64,000 nucleotides of DNA from Azolla caroliniana (taxonomy: Eukaryota; Plantae; Polypodiophyta). This document shows, in pieces, positions 45,847-59,243 of the stretch. The translations under genes and the position numbers were made by a program. Where the stretch lies: NCBI GenBank assembly GCA_043228905.1, contig JBHGNT010000021.1, positions 11,098,001-11,162,000 on the forward strand, given 5' to 3'. Numbering within the stretch: the stretch's first letter is position 1; the number at the start of each line of letters is the position of its first letter. The notes below the pieces were generated by a model, which was not told the DNA's origin, did no database searches, and saw nothing but the letters and a program-made list of their open reading frames with translations.

Positions 45847-47208
45847 TGGATTTGCATATATATAATATTTGTGGGTGTATATGCATGTGTATATTAAACA
45901 AAGTAGAAAAATGCTCTCACTATCAGGCATTTAATTTGTAAGCCTCAATGATTCTGGATGTGAATATGCATACAATATTTGTGAGTGCATATGTATGTGC
46001 GGTCGATTATTGGTATTACATCAGAGCTACCTACAGATAAAAGTCTTGGATACAGTTAGTGGATTGAGAGGGGGGCATAAACCCTCAACTCTATGGTGAA
46101 GTGATGGTTTTAAAGTATTGCTTTATTACTGATTTAAAGATGGCTACATTTGTAAGCATTGTTCACTTTAAAGTTATGTTCTATTTTGAAGATGATAGTA
46201 TTTCTAATGCTATGATTTTATGCAGTGGTAAATCATTGCAGAAAATAATTCTGATTAAACCTTTTCTGAGGTTATTGATTTTGCACAGGTCTAATCGAGA
46301 AATCCCTTATACACTGGAAAAATCCATCTGAACTAGAATATCATCACCTTCAGATACATACGGATGTACTAGAGACAGAATTGGAATACCTCTTGGAAGG
46401 TGTAGGGGATGCAAAACCCAAAAACTATGTTACGTTGTTTTATAAGTACAGCATCGAATGGCCTCTTGCAATACCTCGGCTTCTCACGATCCCAATGATA
46501 GAAGAAGAGCGATGGTCTCGACCCCTTGCTATAGCAAGCTGCACATTAGCTCCTCTCTTTGTGGCGTCAATTTGGATACTGCAATGCAGTGATTCTACAC
46601 AATCCATATTCATGGCAGTCGGTATAAGTGGGGGATTAGGAACAATTTTAGGAGCATTGGCTTTTTTAAGCACTGAAAAAACAAGGCCGCCACAGCGTTT
46701 CTCGTGGATCTGGCTTGCTGCCGGTTTCTTTATGAGTGTTGTATGGTTTTATATCGTTGCAGATCAAGTTGTGGCTTCTTTAGAAACACTTGGAGTTCTC
46801 TTCAGCATTAACCCAGCTATTCTAGGCCTCACGGTGCTTGCATGGGGCAACTCAATAGGCGACCTTGTGGCTGATCTTGCTCTAGCTTGCAGTGGCAGAG
46901 ATGGCATCCAAATTGCTGTCTCAGGCTGCTATGCCGGACCCCTTTTTAACGTTGTTGTTGGGTTGGGTATATCTTTGGTGATAGCTTGCTATAGATCGAG
47001 CCCAGAACCCCTTCTTTTCTCTGATGATGATGGAAGCTTGTTTTATATTATCGTGTTTCTTATTGTTGGCCTCACTTGGGCTCTTGTTATGGTTCCCCTC
47101 AAGGGAATGAAGCTGAGTAAAAGCTTTGGAACTGGCCTTATACTCCTTTATTTTGGGTTCTTAGTTACAGGAATGTGCTATATCATGGGCTGGACCTCAC
47201 CAAATTAA
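40661..47208 (+). CDS. CCX: Cation/calcium exchanger (CCX, NCLX-type CaCA family), about 643 aa; exons 40661-41672 and 46289-47208
   Basis: Signal peptide; alpha-1 repeat TLLAIGNGAPDVF; alpha-2 repeat LAWGNSIGDL; AVSGCYAGPLFN. GT at 41673 and AG at 46287-46288 join in frame (phase 1). Confidence 0.93.
44690..45400 (+). mobile_element. LINE ORF2 C-terminal relic with a local duplication, inside the CCX intron
   Basis: HQFEIEVGR...RICKLCYRDVESEEHYVLHC zinc-finger motif; 44842-45000 repeated at about 45069-45228. Confidence 0.7.
45799..45844. repeat. (TA)n microsatellite
   Basis: About 22 TA units. Confidence 0.95.
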
Positions 47209-48699
47209 GAGCCTGTATGTTTTAGTTTCTTATATATGGCTCACCAAATTTGTAATATATACCAATGTAGATATTTATTATTTTCAAGCATCAATAAGAT
47301 CAGATAATCCTCTGCTCATTGTATAAACTAAAGCAGGATAAATTTATCCTCATAATCTGTATACGAGCCAGAGTTGATGCCAATGGTTGTGTCAATTCCA
47401 GAAAACCTCTTATGAATTGGAGAAAACCACTTTTAGATTTTGGAGTTTTTATGTGAATACTGAACATCCTTCTGGTTTTTTTGCTTTCAAGCTGACGAAT
47501 CTGGAAAATGCTTTTGCATATCAAAGGAGGACTTATATGTATCAGTTGCGTTGATGTTATGAGGTTATTGGCAAGCCCATCATAATGTAGAAGGTTGGGA
47601 ATGTTTATTTGGAACTATAACTAGTAGTGCCCACGTGAAAGTCACAAGAAATTTTAACTCGAGTAAATATTGGTAATATTGGTTAAAGTTTTAGTTTAGA
47701 ACCATGTTCTCAATTTGATGCTTTGCTATGATTTCCCTTCAAAACATGTCCTATTATTTATTGGTCATGGTTTTTTGAAAAAATCTTGTAAAAGCTAAGA
47801 TATTACTCTGGGCTGTACTTGTAAAAGTACACTATTCCTTATTGTGGTGTCCTTATGGAGGCCAATTCGAAGGCCCTAATGATTGGTTGTTGCACTAACA
47901 ATTACTCTTGTTTTAGGAGACTAACATTGGTTTTCACTATAAACCAAGTATATCATTGAGGAAGAAGACCCATTTTTTCAGTAATGGTTTTCCCTCGCTG
48001 GAAAGTTAATGGGCCGTTTCTTATACAACAAAGGAGCGATCTATGTTTATGTTGCTTTTGAATCACATTTAGAATATCCATGGGATTAACCTAGATAAGC
48101 TAGTATCCAGTCCTTTCGTTATTGTTTAGAGCCAATTAAAATGTTAGGCATCTCAGAAAATGGATGCGTTTTTCTAGTAGTACCTTTATTGAGGTATTTA
48201 TAAGATAGGAAACACAACATTTTTGCCTTTATTAAGCACGAAGAACAAGTTGAAAAACTATAAGAAGAGTTACTCGGTTCAATAAACCTTTTCTAGAGAT
48301 AATATTGAATTATCAGAGAGTTCCCTCTCTCTCCTTTAGACTAAACCTTATGGTTGAGAAATAAGTGTTCTACCAAGTGCAACTTTTATCTTATTGTCTA
48401 AGTTGTATGGTATGGTGAAGGTGGTAACATGTATGATAAATCAAACAGGAAGTCTTTAATAAATTCCTCTAATATTTGATAGCGGTGGGAAAATATAGAA
48501 GATATACACTAGACTACACTATGAATAGATAATGTGCATATTTAGTAGAGCATAGACATGTGATTACAACAATAAACTAAAATACAATCTAAGGTTTGAT
48601 TATGTACTTTAGGTGTTATGTTGTCTGATTAGTGGTATTCAATTAGAAAATTTGACCCACTGAATATACTTTAGGTACCCAAATCCTATTTCGTTGTCA

Positions 48700-51050
48700 T
48701 CTCTAGAACCCATGAAGATTCCTTTCATGGATTTTGTATCTAACTTGCTTCTCAAGTCAAGCCCTCGCTAGCACATGCATCTCACCCTCTGACATAAAGT
48801 TTTGTTATACCTTTCAACCACACCATTGGAAGAGGGCTGTATGGGACTGATAGCTCCCTCTTAATACCAAGATTTTCACAAAATCTATTAAATTCCACAT
48901 GTGTCCATTATCTCTACATAAGCACTTCAACTTTCTACTAGTTTGGGTGGTCACAGATGCATGAAATTTCTTAAATGCAACAAAGGTTTCATCCTTAGAT
49001 TTTAACAAATATACTCAAAGCTTTCTAGAGTAGTAATCAACAAAAGAAATAAAATAAAGAGCCCACTCATAGATTTAGTGGACATGTTACAAACATTAGA
49101 GTGAATTAGATCAAGTAGATTAGGCTTACGAGAGACACTAGAGTAGTGAGAATTCTTTACTTACTTACCATATCGACATTCATTACAAAAATCAAGGTTT
49201 GAGCCTTTAGCATCAAACTTGTCCAAATTACATAGTTTATCAAGGCCTTTTTGGCTCTTGTGGCCAAGTCTTTTATGCCATAATTCTATGTGAATGGACT
49301 TTAGTCAAAGCAATAAACTTGCCCATCAAAACTTTACCATGCAATCAATACAAAGTTCCTTTCTTAGTACTTTTAACAATTTGCCTAGAAGACCCTTTCT
49401 CAAAGGTGGTACTATATACATGCATATCTATTTGTCCAATAGATAATAAGCTTTTCTTGATGCTTGGTGCATACCTCACATCATGCAAAACCAACTCATT
49501 TGTACCATCTATTGTACGATGCACTGTGTCAATACCTTCAATAGAACAAGCATGGTTATTTCCATGGTATACATGTTCATGGTTGCATTCATGAAAGGTA
49601 GTAAAACACTCCTTACTAGGAGTAACATGGAATGATGTACCTGAATCCACAATCCATGCTTGTTTTAAAGCATCATTCAAAGTAAACAAGGCATCAATTA
49701 GATGCTCTTTGTAATATGGATATCATGTGCATGAATATATATAGAAACATCATTAACTTCAACATGATCTGTTGCCATAGTAGCATAAAGAATATCTTTT
49801 GCATCTAATGGCTCTTTAATGATGACACTAGAGACCACATTGGCCTTCTCTTTGTCCTTGTCCTTAAAGCTGTTATGTGCTCTCGTTGTCCATTTTCTTC
49901 TTGTCACTTGAGTTCTTTTTTCTTTCTAATCTAGATTTTTAGTACTTACAAGCAAGCTTCTTATAACCTTTCCTACCACATTGATAACAAGTCACTTTGG
50001 CCTTGCCTTTGCTTTTGCTCTTGTTACTTTGTACATTTTTAGTTTCCTTTTTTATTCTTCCTCTAACTACATTGGCTGAACCACTTTCCTTGCCATTAGC
50101 TTTTCTCCTAATTTCCTCATTCAAAATAGAACCCCTTATGCCATCAAATGTAAGATTAGGGTTATTCAAGAGTGAAAAACCCAATGTTTCCCACGAATCA
50201 GGTAAGATCATCAACAAGAAGATGACCTTAAGCTTATCATCAAACAGAGGTAATCCGAAGTCCTGCAATAGTGAGAGAGTACATGTAAAGGTAGATAATG
50301 CTCAACTGCACTTTTTGACTCATCAAGTTGCATACACACCAGCTTACGCATGAGAGGCACTTGATTTATAGGCGTGGTAATTTCATAAGTAGCTTTCAAC
50401 TTCTCCCATACCTCAATGGCAATTGTGATGAGAAATCGATGCGGAATAGATCATAGTAAACGAACTACATGCTGAAATACGAATTATAGAAAATACACTA
50501 GAAAGACAAGATAAACAGATGTACATAGAGATTTACGTGGAAACCCTAAAACGGGAATAGATTCTTCACTATACAAATAGTGGATATACAATAGCAAGAA
50601 GATTACAACACTCTCTCACGAGTGCATCAGCCACACAGGGCTCTTTGCGTCTGCTGTTACACACACAGCTATGGAGCGCACACTTAGACTATTTACAAGT
50701 ATAGTCTCCCGAGTTGGCTATTTACATGATTCCGGTTTCGGCCTCGGCCTATCGGCCTCAGCCGAGTCCCTCATCAACTCAGCTCCTCGACTGTCGGCTT
50801 TTCGGAGGTCGGATCTTCCTCCCACTAGAGGGACATATTTCCCAACAAATTGTGAGGCCCTTTAGATCCACTAAGATCTTACCTAATATAGCCATATTGA
50901 TGCAAGTGATGACCTTCTTATTTAGTTTCATCCATGCTACATCTATCATATCTTTAGACTTCACTTGAAGAAGTGCCCCTTCACAATCATTAAGAAAGAG
51001 AATGCGTAACATTCTTTCTTTCCATAAATCTCTTAATCTCAAACAAGCTT
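48700..51050 (-). mobile_element. Degenerate Copia (Tork-like) gag-PR-INT relic
   Basis: CYQCGRKGY knuckle, WIVDSGTSFHVT protease, LWHKRLGH, KLKCLCRDN integrase. Confidence 0.85.
50426..50847 (-). repeat. Solo LTR with TSD AATTG, inserted in the Copia gag
   Basis: TG...CA termini; AATTG on both sides; removal restores LKGLTIAIEVWEKL; contains GGGTTTCCACGTAAAT on the minus strand. Confidence 0.88.
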
Positions 51051-51559
51051 TTGAGATAAAAAGAGGTAATAGTCATGTTTGCACTCATTAGTTTTTTTTT
51101 AAATCACCAAAAAAAGTAAAATCACATGTTGTCTTGTGCACAATCACTTGACGAGATAGTAATTCTTCATGATGAAACTCTCCAACTCTGTATTAGTTGA
51201 AAGAGAGATGATGTGATGGTCTGGTTAGATCCAAAACATTAAGGGAGTGGGTTGGGACCAAAACATTAGTAAATCTCCTTATGAGAGGTTTGGGACCAAT
51301 TATTCTTGATAAGTAACTTTTAGGTCATTTTTTCATGTTCACACATGACCAATGAACAAAAGTTATAAAAATAATGTAAATGCCTATAACCCCTCAAATT
51401 GGGCCAAAGATATACTAAAAGTAGTCAAACCAAAAGGCATATAACTAGAAACTCATAATGGTCACCACACATGAATTGTTGTTTTTGGAATATCATTTTC
51501 TGCAATTCAAATCTAGCGATAACTAGTTCTCAAATCAATCTTTGGAAAGTATATAGCTC

Positions 51560-52345
51560 CTTAAAGATTATCTATCAAATCATTTGCTTGAAGCAAAAGA
51601 TAGTTAATACGTAGCTACCAAGATCCATCTTTTTTTCTTGAACAAAAGGGTCGTTGCACCCTAAGGTGATTTACTATGACATATATGACCCATCCTTAAG
51701 TAGTCGCTAAGTTGCGAAGCAATCTCATCTTCATCAAATCGACTAAGTTGATATGGAGGAATACTAATAGGTGCAATACCTAGTATCATATCAATATGAA
51801 TAGTCAATGTTACGTTGAGGAGATAATCCTTTTGGTAGTTCATTAAGAAAGACGTCTTGAAAATCTTTTAAGAGTGAGTCAAGTACTTGTTCATAATATA
51901 TTAATTGATCCCCATCTCTTGATATAGTATATATTTAAAGATCAGGGTCAAGAACACAACAACACATTGTAGAACAAGTAGAATAAAAAAAAAGTACTTG
52001 AAAGAGTAGAGACAAATGAAGGTTTGACACATTGAATGAAGTGTTGCAAATTATTTAATGAAAATGATATTGAATGGCTCATCCAATTAATGCATAAAGA
52101 GGAATTCTTATTAAAAAACATGGACAACTAAGTATAACATCAATGGATCTGAGACTCATAACATGAAAGTCGAGTTTTTCCACATAGGTATCTATATGGA
52201 TTGGCAATTGGTGAATCGCTCCATTGATGTATTGAACTTCTCCATCCACTAGATGGACTTGGTAAGTATGATCACTTAGGCTTGGATGAAGTCCCAACAT
52301 CGGAACCAAACGATTTGATTGATGAAATTATGTGGGCTACCTATT
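51560..52345 (-). pseudogene. Gypsy protease/RT N-terminal relic
   Basis: GSPHNFI protease-like segment; PISIPPYQLS...SKSP and KKKDGS RT start. Confidence 0.65.
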
Positions 52346-52543
52346 GAGCGGACAAGCTCAACATGATCCGGATACGTAAGGAGTTGAGCAATGTCCGGCA
52401 GAAAGACATGTCGGTGGCTGACTACATAGCCCGAATCAAGGAGATCTATGTAAAAGAATACGTGTGCTGAAGCGTATGCGTAAGACACTAAGTACACAGT
52501 TTTGGAAATAAGATAGTTCGGTTAAACACAGAAATCACAGAGA

Positions 52544-52545
<2 letters not shown>

Positions 52546-52607
<62 letters not shown>
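52546..52607. repeat. (GA)n microsatellite inside the LTR
   Basis: About 30 units here versus about 10 in the sister LTR. Confidence 0.9.
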
Positions 52608-52610
<3 letters not shown>

Positions 52611-55522
52611 AGACGTAACTATATTCAAAAATAATTCTCTGTATGTTCTTTGTACACACTTGGTGCTCAGTGAGCACCTTTTATACAAGCCCTGACTATC
52701 GGGTTGACATGTCAAGTACTTACAGTACTTGACCGCTCATAAATGAACATCCTACACTTAGCCCCAAAATTATTCCTTGCGAGGAATAACATTCTAACGA
52801 CCTCTCGGTTTACATACCGCTACGACCATATTTTGCGTACGGTTTTACGCACCCAGTCTACGCACTAGGTTACGCACTCACTTACACACCCAATGTTGAG
52901 CTTGTCTCTCAACACTCCCCCTCAAACCCCACTTGAGGTTCCATATGCTTTTCCGGATCTTCGCTCTGGCTTCTCCTGGCTTCACGCCTCGCTCGTGTTC
53001 CTCGACCTGTCCAATTCCGCGCGCCTTGACCCTTTCGGTCGGCCTGTTTGCTCTTGTGGCCTTTCTCAGCTCCCTTGCTGTTGCGGTGTTGGTGCTTCTT
53101 TCGTTGCCCTTTTCTCTACTTGGCCCTCAGTTGATTCGGCGTATCTGAATTGAACATTACAATTGAATCGAACATTTCCGATTCATTCCCGCTTTCACCT
53201 GAATTGGCTGTCTCCAACTCGGCTTCTGTCTTCAGGCCCTTAACTACGTCCGACCATGTCTTAGTCTTGGCCTTTACACCTTTCTTGGCTTTGTTTCCAC
53301 TTTGTTTGGCTGTCTTCGGCTCTTCCTTGCGATTATGACCCCTGTTTTCTTCTTCAGCTTCTTCATCCGGTCTGAAATCGAATTCTTCATCCAATTCGGC
53401 GTCGCGGTTACTACCGATCCTTTCACACTCCTGTTCTTGTTCATGTATCCCCCTCAAGTTCGGCATGTCGAGGTGATGTAAACCTAGCTCAACTGAGAAA
53501 TGCCGCAACTTGTCGAGACCAAGGGGCTTGGTGAAGATGTCGGCAATCTTCCGACCTGTCAGAACATACGCCAGTTCGAATTCACCAGAAAGGACACGCT
53601 CGCAGAAAAAATGGTTGTGCACCTCAATGTGCTTGGTACGAGCGTGGAATACAAGGTTTTTCGCAAGGATGCTACTGAAGTTGTCGCAATAGACCGTCGT
53701 TGGATTAGATACCTGTACATGCAGATCCCGTAATAGGCATTTCAGCCAAATGACTTTGCACGTAGTGACAGTCGCCCCTTGATATTCGGCCTCTATGCTC
53801 GACAGTGCTACTGTCGGCTACTTCTTACTGCTCCACGTGATCGCCACACTTCCCAATGAGAATGCGTATCCAGATGTGGATCTACGATCGTGGGCATTTC
53901 CAACCCAATCAACATCCGTGTAGTTGACCAAGTGTTCATAGGCCTGCACGATACAACAACGCCATGTCTTTCGTGCTGCTGACATATTGTAATAGCCTTT
54001 GCGCACACTGAAGGTGTTGGATCGTGGGCTGCGACATAAATTAACTGATCATTTCGACTGGATAGTTGAGGTCTGGCCAAGTGATCGTCAAGTAGATGAG
54101 GCTTCCGACAATCTGTCGAAACCATGTCAGGTCGCACGTCTTTCTTGAATCTCGGCGAAGCTTTACGTTTCTATCTAGAGGGGTCAAGATGGGCTTACAA
54201 TCTGCTATCCCGAAGTTGAAGAGCATATTCAGCGTGTAATGACGCTGACGGACCAATACGCCTTCGGGGAAACGGATCACTTCGATCCCAAGGAAGTAAT
54301 GAAGGTCGCCAAGATCCTTCATATTGAACGATGCCGCAAGCTGAGCATTTACGCGGCTGGTGTCTTCCAAGTTGACACCGGTGATGACTAAATCATCAAC
54401 ATAAAGTAAAAAACAAACTGGGTCATGTCGACCTTGCCGAACGAACAATGAAGAGTCTGACTTTGATGTCGTAAACCCCATTCTACGCAACCATTGCGTA
54501 ATCTTCGCGTTCCAAGCTCGTGGGGCTTGCTTAAGGCAGTATAATGCCTTCTTCAATCGGTAGACTACCGAAGTGCTCTGTTGGGATAGAAATCCGGGGG
54601 GTTGTACCATGTACACCCATTCCTCAAGATCACCTTGCAGGAACGCATTCTTTACATCCATCTGATGTAGATGCCACCCCTTCGCCGCAACTACGGCTAG
54701 CAGAACTCGCATGGTAGTCAATCTTCGTGACAGGCGTGAAGGTCTCATCATAATCGACACCGTGCTTCTGCGCGTAGCCTTTCGCAACCAAACGGGCCTT
54801 ATATCGATTGACCGAGCCATCGGTGTTGTATTTCACCTTAAACACCCATTTGCATATGATCGGCTTAACACCTTTAGGTGCGTCAACCAGGGCCCAAGTC
54901 TCATTGTGCAATAATGTGCGCATCTCTTCCTCCATCGCGGCACGCCAGTTTGCGTCTTCCGCTGCTTCTACGTAGCTCTCTAGCTCACGCACTTCCGCCA
55001 CTCGCATCATGTAGGTATAATGATGCGCCATGTACTCATTATACCCGTACCTCTTTACGGGATTCTTTAGGTGGGTAGATCATCGTAATTCGTGATTACC
55101 CGATTTCACGACCTTTTCGGTTGATTTCGACCCCTTTCGTGGAGGTTCCTTCTCGATTGGCCTGAAGTTAGATTCGCTCCAATCTGATTCAGCACTACCG
55201 ACATCGTATTCCAACATTTTCTTCTTCCTTTTTTCTTTACGCGTAAACCATCTCCTCGGTTCTTTACTCAGGGATAACACGGCCGAGTCTCCACTACTCA
55301 CCGACTCTTCATTTGATTGGCCATCTAGGCCCAACTCCTCATTCGGCCCGCTTGGTCGAAATGAGATCGGACTCTCTCTCTGAGCTCTAATATCCTCATC
55401 ACGAAGAGGCATCTCAGCCTTCCTGACCTCTTCTTCAGAATTCGGAATGGAATCATGAGGTATTGGAGGTGAAGGCAAGTACCACGAAGCGAACTCGTTG
55501 AACACGACATCTCGACTTACGC

Positions 55523-56669
55523 TATTGTGAAAATCCGTCACTATGTGCGGATCGTGAGACGGAACCGCGGGGGTTCTGGACTAGAAGGATTTATAGCAAC
55601 ATGTACAACACAAGCAAGTTTTAAGCATAAGACAAGTGGGAGAGACAAATCATTAGTTTATTGCAAAAGAAAATCGATTCTTTATCATTTCCGAATGGTG
55701 TTACAATGGGTTGGGTATGGAAATGAGAGATTAATTTTTCAAAGAAAGGAGCCAACAACCATGTAAGGAGTGGTCCGATATGAATACGAGAGATAATTTT
55801 TGACAAGAAAGATCAAGTAAACAAAGCTAGGAGTTTGATATCAATATGTGAGATAATTTGTTTCTCGAATCTGAGAGGGAAGAAGAAGGAAGGGAAAAAA
55901 AAAAAAAACTAGGAGGGAAAAAATGGGACATATATCGAGCTCCTCGTTGATCCTCCTCCCCAATGTTACTTTGCATGCCCACTTTTTGTTGGATGGCCTC
56001 TATTTTTAGTTGCACGGCCTCTGCTTTTAGTTGCATGCTTCCATTTTTAGATGCATGCCTTTTACTTTTAGTTGCATGGCCTTGGCTTTTGGTTGCATGC
56101 GATTGTCCGTATAATTCGGCCAAATGATACAATCATCCATAAAGTTTAGCCCGTGCGCAATCCGTACGTGCGTCGCAACCCAACCGTAGACGCGTTCGCG
56201 TGCAAAAGTCTCGACCGCGTAGTAGTGTACGCATCCATGCATGCGCGTGTGCGCACACACGCGTCCGTCCGAAACGTCCACGCATACGCCCGAAACTTGC
56301 ACACACATGTACATCCAAAGACGTCCATGCGCGCGCATATGCCCGAAGCGTGCACACCACATAGTGTAGCTCAAGTCAACTTGAACATTCTATGCTCCAC
56401 ACATTGATAGAATGAATATGTTTTGATTTCTGTTATATATTCTGGGTTCCAATGTTGTCCTATCTATGTGGGATATCCCACAGTTTTGTCTTGTCTTTTC
56501 TTTTTCTTCAAACTTCACACTCACATAGCTTGATACTTGTTTATCCGTTTCATGCGTAGTAAAATACGCTATGAAACTCTTGAAGACATCTATCTATATG
56601 AATACATTAAGCTAATCTTAAATAAATGTTTTACAAGTTTTCATATCGTGTGTGGAAAACCACACGACA
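55523..56669 (-). repeat. Solo LTR of the tRNA-Trp Gypsy family with 4-bp TSD ACGC
   Basis: One end is similar to the reverse complement of 27060-27120; ACGC on both sides; removal restores Copia KEVRVSRDVVF. Confidence 0.9.
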
Positions 56670-59243
56670 ACGCGAACTTCCTTTGTTCAGGGGTTATAAC
56701 ACTTATACCCCCTCTACTCGTCTGAATAGTCGACCAAGATACATTTCTCGACTTTGGCATCCAGCTTCGTCCTCTTCTCCTTTGGCACATGCACATACGC
56801 AATGCTGCCAAAAATCCTCAAGTATGCCAAGCTCGGCTTCTTTCCGAAATACAACTCGTGTGGCGACACTCCCCCATTAGCAGAGGTCTGATTCTGCAAG
56901 TAAACAACCGTCCTTATGGCTTCAACCCAGTAAAACTTTGGCATATGCTTCTCTTCAAGCATTGGCCTGGCGGCTTCTTCGATTGTCTGATTCTTCTGCT
57001 CGGTCATGCCGTTCTGCTGCGGTGTGTATCTACACGAGAATTTGCGTCGAATGCCTTCCTTCTGTAGATAACTCGTGAACTTGTCAGAGAAGTACTCCTT
57101 CCCACCATTGGATGTAGACATTTGATCTTACGCCCTATTTCCCTTTCTACAAGGTTCTTTACCTTCAAGAAACATGCGAAAACTTAGCTCTTCTTCGTGA
57201 TCGTACATGCCCAGGTATGCTGAGTGAAGTCATCGGTAAAGGTTACAAAGTAACAGCTACCACCGAAGCTCACGTTTTGTGCCGGTCCCCATACATCCGA
57301 ATGGATCAAATCCAACGGATTTCGACTACGATTACGCTCATTGGGGAATGGAAGTCGGTGCTACTTCCTGAGTTGGCAGGCTTCGTAGACTTGGCCATTA
57401 CGGCCCCGAAATTTCGGTAAACCGAAAACAATGTTCTTCATCTGCATTTCACGAAGCCGTGGGAAGTTAACGTGGTCAAACCGCTTGTGCCACAGGTCGA
57501 TATCCAATTTGACCTTCTATCCTTTCACGAACAACGCGGTTCTCCTCGACGTTCACATTGACGGAGGCGAGAGAGTCGCAGATCTCCTTGATCCGGGCCG
57601 TGTAATCGGCCACAAATAGATCTTTTTGTTGGACATTGCTGAGCTCCGGCTTGAGCTGCAGCTTCTTGGCCGTTGTGCTAGCGGCGAAAATCCTCTTGAG
57701 ATTCACCCACTTGTCCTTTGGCATCTTAGCATCCCGAATGTAGCTCAAGAGCTGGTCGCTCACACAGGATGCAAAGCAGTAAAGAACTCTGCTTGCCACT
57801 TGTTCCCAAGCGGAAAAATCTCCGTGTGTCGATTTAGGTGCTGCATCATTAGCTCTAGTAACCATGACCAAGCAGATACTAGTGCATCTTGTACGACCAA
57901 GATGCATAGTTGCTCCTGTTGAGCTTCTTAGTCGGTAGCGAGCTTCCCATTCCTCTATCCATATTGTTGTCTTATCCTTTCCAAAAACAATAACTTAACT
58001 CTGTCTTTATCAGGGCTTATTTGTCAGCTACAGAGGAGTCTCAACCCTCGTGCTCTGATACCATGTAAAAGAATACGTGTGCGGAAGCGTATGCGCAAGA
58101 CATTGAGTACACGGTTTTGGAAGTAAGATAGTTTGGTAAAACAAAGAAATAACAGAGAAGGAGAGGGGGAGAGAGAGAGAGAGAGAGACCAGAAAACGTA
58201 ACTATATTAAAAAATAATTCTCTGTATGTTCTCTATACATACTTGGTGCTCAGTGAGTACCTTTTATACAAGCCCTGACTATCAGGCTGACACAAGTACT
58301 TACAGTACCTAACCGCTCATAAATGAGCATCCTACACTTACCCCCAAAATTATTCCTTGCGAGGAATAACATTCTAACGGCCTCTTGGTTTACAACGACC
58401 ATATTTTGCGTACAGTTTTACGCACCCAGTCTACACGTTGGGTTACGCACCCGTTTACGCACCCAATGTTGAGCTTGTCTCTCAACAATCTGCGACTTCC
58501 TTGCCTCCATCAACATGAATGTCGAGGAGGATGAAATGGTGCAGTTCATATCCACGTCTAGCTTTTCTTTTCCCATCTTTTTCTCTACTTTTGAAAACCG
58601 TTTCTAACTTTTTATCCTTTCATTTATTACTATAGTTGAACTCACAACATTAGTTTATTTGAACTACTATTTTATTCTCTTTTGAGGGTGGTTTCAAAGA
58701 AATAAAAAAATTGAATTGCCATCTGAAATGAAAAGTATGAAAAGGATTATAAAAGTAAAGTGTGAAAGGGGACGAGTAGGTCAAGATAAAAGAAGTCGAG
58801 CACTTGCAGTTGAGGGGAAAAGTAACCGAAATACAAGCAGTTGCAAACATAGGCCAATGATCAGGAGAGAGTGGTAGGAACATGCGGATGAAGGAGAGAG
58901 CTATATAAATTGTGAAGTGGCGAAAATAGAAGGGGAACAAGAAGGGGATATAGAAGGTATATCTAATTCAAGCCAGAGTAACTAAGCTTAGAAATCTAAA
59001 TTTGCGTTGAGACAGATTAAGCAATACCGATTATACTCAATTTGTAATTATCTATTTAGTAATCAATTAAGTGTACTTTCTGGGTGCATCTCTGTGCCTG
59101 TCTCACATTCAATTCTAGCCCCAAATGAGCTATCTGTTCGGTAAGTCGTGAGTACGAATCGGTTGTAGCCGATTCTAAGAGCGTCCCAAACAGAAGGGTG
59201 TAACGTTTCGGCCCCTACACGACCCTACCTTAATCTCTTACGT

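Larger units (their letters stand above)
52449..58487 (-). mobile_element. Copia (relative of 10099-19114) with an internal deletion, inserted into another Copia gag fragment
   Basis: LTRs 52449-52914 and 58064-58487; TSD ATCTA/ATCTG; PBS TGGTATCAGAGC; PPT TGAGGGGGAG; YVDD RT and ADIFTK RNase H. Host gag ARIKEI|CDFLASI is split. Confidence 0.94.

Noticed and set aside
56100-56370. Alternating purine-pyrimidine (CG/CA-rich) tract as a Z-DNA or regulatory locus
   Set aside because: It lies inside a solo LTR and is ordinary U3 low-complexity sequence; no independent support.
58600-59243. Additional LTR with TATA box
   Set aside because: It looks LTR-like, but no termini, partner or PBS could be identified in the window.
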